From contig JANOGQ010000603.1 in assembly GCA_031406105.1 (NCBI GenBank), positions 1 to 27,191 of the forward strand: 27,191 nucleotides of DNA, read 5' to 3'. This DNA is from Lysobacterales bacterium. GTDB lineage: Bacteria; Pseudomonadota; Gammaproteobacteria; Xanthomonadales; SZUA-36. The translations under genes were made by a program, and so were the position numbers. Of this stretch, positions 25,288-27,191 are shown piece by piece; within the stretch, counting starts at the first letter, position 1; every line of letters begins with the position of its first letter. The notes below the pieces were generated by a model. It was not told the origin of the DNA. It searched no databases and saw nothing but the letters and a program-made list of their open reading frames with translations.

Positions 25288-25914
25288 CTACTGATGCCTT
25301 TCTTTCAGAGTTGCCACAATCTGCTGGAAATTAATATTTCGCGCACGCAGCAACACCAGCAGGTGGTAGACCAGGTCGGCGGATTCGTTGCAGACCTCCT
25401 CGTCATCACCGCTACTCGCGGCCAGCGCAGTTTCCACGCCCTCTTCGCCAATCTTCTGCGCGATGCGGCGTATGCCGGATTCGAACAATGAGGTGGTGTA
25501 ACTGCCTTCAGGGCGACTCTGCTCGCGGTGGGCTATCAGTTTCTCTAGCTCGGAAAGAAATGCCAGGCCAGGAAACACCGCAGCCTCCTCATCAAAACAG
25601 CTGGTGGTATTCCGATGGCAGGTGGGGCCGGTTGGCTGTGCCAGAAGCAAAAGACAATCGTTGTCGCAATCGGCATGCACGGATTGCAGCTGCAGTTGGT
25701 TGCCGGAGGTCTCACCCTTGGTCCATAACTGTTGGCGAGAACGGCTGAAGAATGTGACCCAACCGGATTGCAATGTTTGCTGCAGCGCGGCGGGGTTCAT
25801 AAAGGCCTGCATCAGCACCCGACCATCGAAGGCATCCTGCACGATTGCTGGTAACAAGCCATCGCCCTTGTCCCATTCCAGCTGATCGATCTGTACCTGA
25901 TTTTCTATGCGCAT
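25288..25914 (-). CDS. hisIE: Bifunctional phosphoribosyl-AMP cyclohydrolase / phosphoribosyl-ATP diphosphatase
   Basis: FSRSRQQLWTKGETSGN, DCDNDCLL, GPTCH, SYTTSLF...KIGEEGVE and ADLVYHLLV. Confidence 0.98.
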   Translation of the reverse strand: MRIENQVQIDQLEWDKGDGLLPAIVQDAFDGRVLMQAFMNPAALQQTLQSGWVTFFSRSRQQLWTKGETSGNQLQLQSVHADCDNDCLLLLAQPTGPTCHRNTTSCFDEEAAVFPGLAFLSELEKLIAHREQSRPEGSYTTSLFESGIRRIAQKIGEEGVETALAASSGDDEEVCNESADLVYHLLVLLRARNINFQQIVATLKERHQ

Positions 25915-26711
25915 GGTCTGACCTCTATTCCGGCTGCCGCCAGCTCGTTTTTGAGAGTGGAAATAGCAATGTCACCCGAGTGGAATACGGTGGCTGCCAA
26001 TGCAGCATCTACATCCGCTTGCTGGAACACGTCGATAAAATGCTGAATGCTGCCAGCGCCGCCTGAGGCCACCAGCGGTATGGGCAGCACGGCGCGCGCC
26101 TCAGCGAGTTGGCTCGTATCGAAGCCCTTCCGGGTGCCGTCGGCGGACATGCAATTCAATACGATTTCGCCAGCGCCCCGATCTACCGCTTCCCGCAACC
26201 ACGCCAGTGTTTCCCGGCCCGGATTGCGCATGGCATCGGGTGTGCCGGTATGGGAACGCACGCTATAGCTGCTTTTCCCATCGCTGGTGCTGGCCACCGA
26301 ATCCACACCCACCACTACGCACTGGCTGCCAAAAGCCTTGACCAGTTCATCAATCAGAGCGGGACGTTCCAGCGCAGGCGTGTTGATGGAAATCTTGTCA
26401 GCTCCCTGGTTCAGCACGCGCGCCGCATCTGCCACCGAGCGGATACCACCAGCCACACAGAACGGGATATCGATGGTTTCGGAAACCTGCCGCACCCAGT
26501 TCACATCGACGCTGCGGCCTTCCGGGCTGGCAGTGATGTCGTAAAACACCAGCTCATCGGCACCTTCATCGCGGTAGCGTGCCGCCAGTTCCAGGATGCC
26601 GCCCATCACGCGGTGATCGCGAAAGCGAACCCCTTTAACTACCTGGCCATCACGCACGTCCAGGCAGGGAACCAGGCGCCGGGCGACATTGTGGACTGCC
26701 GGTATCATCAT
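25905..26711 (-). CDS. hisF: Imidazole glycerol phosphate synthase subunit HisF
   Basis: RRLVPCLDVRDGQVVKG, GADELVFYDITAS, PFCVAGGI and ASGGAG. Confidence 0.98.
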   Translation of the reverse strand: MMIPAVHNVARRLVPCLDVRDGQVVKGVRFRDHRVMGGILELAARYRDEGADELVFYDITASPEGRSVDVNWVRQVSETIDIPFCVAGGIRSVADAARVLNQGADKISINTPALERPALIDELVKAFGSQCVVVGVDSVASTSDGKSSYSVRSHTGTPDAMRNPGRETLAWLREAVDRGAGEIVLNCMSADGTRKGFDTSQLAEARAVLPIPLVASGGAGSIQHFIDVFQQADVDAALAATVFHSGDIAISTLKNELAAAGIEVRPCA

Positions 26712-27191
26712 TTGAGTACCTTCAGAGCTTCTTCCACAGTGAAGCAGCCTTCCAGCAATGCCTTGCCGGAAATCGCAGATGCAACGCCGGTAGCCTTCAG
26801 GTCCTGCAAATCCTTCAAACCGGAGACACCACCGGATGCCTGGATATGCAGCTGCGGATAGCGCTGTGACAGTTTTCGATACAGGCTCAGGTTGGGTCCG
26901 CGCAAGGCGCCGTCCTTGCTGATGTCGGTACAGAGCAGATGCTTCAGGCCACTTTGTGACAAACGGTCCAGCAGCTGCCAGAGGTTATGCTCACCACCTT
27001 CGGTCCAGCCGTGGGTTTTCGGCCAGGGAACTCCATTCTCGTCTATGGCCACATCCAGCGCGCTCACCACGCGGTCAGCACCAAATTCCTCCAGCCATCG
27101 GATGAAACGCTCCGGTTGCAGCACGCAGATGGTTCCCACCACAACCCGATCGGCACCTTGTTTCAGGCGCTTCCTGATATCCTTGCCACGG
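26708..27191 (-). CDS. hisA: HisA isomerase, 5'-partial (runs off window)
   Basis: Frame open to window end (KDIRKRLKQGADRVVVGT); TDISKDGALRGPN, ASGGV and GKALLEG. Confidence 0.96.
   Translation of the reverse strand, partial: RGKDIRKRLKQGADRVVVGTICVLQPERFIRWLEEFGADRVVSALDVAIDENGVPWPKTHGWTEGGEHNLWQLLDRLSQSGLKHLLCTDISKDGALRGPNLSLYRKLSQRYPQLHIQASGGVSGLKDLQDLKATGVASAISGKALLEGCFTVEEALKVLK

Noticed and set aside
13571-26861. Many overlapping antisense or alternate-frame ORFs (e.g. 13571-13894, 14040-14567, 15516-16250, 18421-18984, 20092-20814, 26109-26861)
   Set aside because: Shadows of well-supported genes; no motifs.

Overview
The window has two parts. 1-13.6 kb is an accessory region with eight apparently intact toxin-antitoxin (TA) operons, all on the + strand and each preceded by its own palindromic operator-like site: HTH-MNT/HEPN, two HigBA types, two RelE(HigB-2)/HTH pairs, Gp49-like/XRE, BrnTA and an addiction killer/antidote pair. 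It also holds three decayed TA remnants, one intact Schlafen/AlbA_2 gene, and many gene fragments (four broken cold-shock-Excalibur copies, KilA-N, two PD-(D/E)xK-like nucleases, ADP-ribosylglycohydrolase, Fic). Two dispersed repeat families punctuate the array: R1, about 45 bp ending in a GTTCC-N4-GGAAC hairpin (6 copies), and R2, a parS-like palindrome GTTTCAGCTGAAAC (6 copies). I found no integrase, transposase or attC site. A short IS5-like MITE marks the right border. 13.6-27.2 kb looks like ordinary gammaproteobacterial chromosome: AI-2E transporter, fasciclin and DUF4397 genes with a divergent CarH/LitR-like B12 MerR regulator and shared 11-bp-repeat operators, POT peptide transporter, DUF885, MBL/beta-CASP, MarR-GNAT, small exported proteins, and hisIE-hisF-hisA (partial). 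All family assignments come from motif recognition by eye, not database searches.
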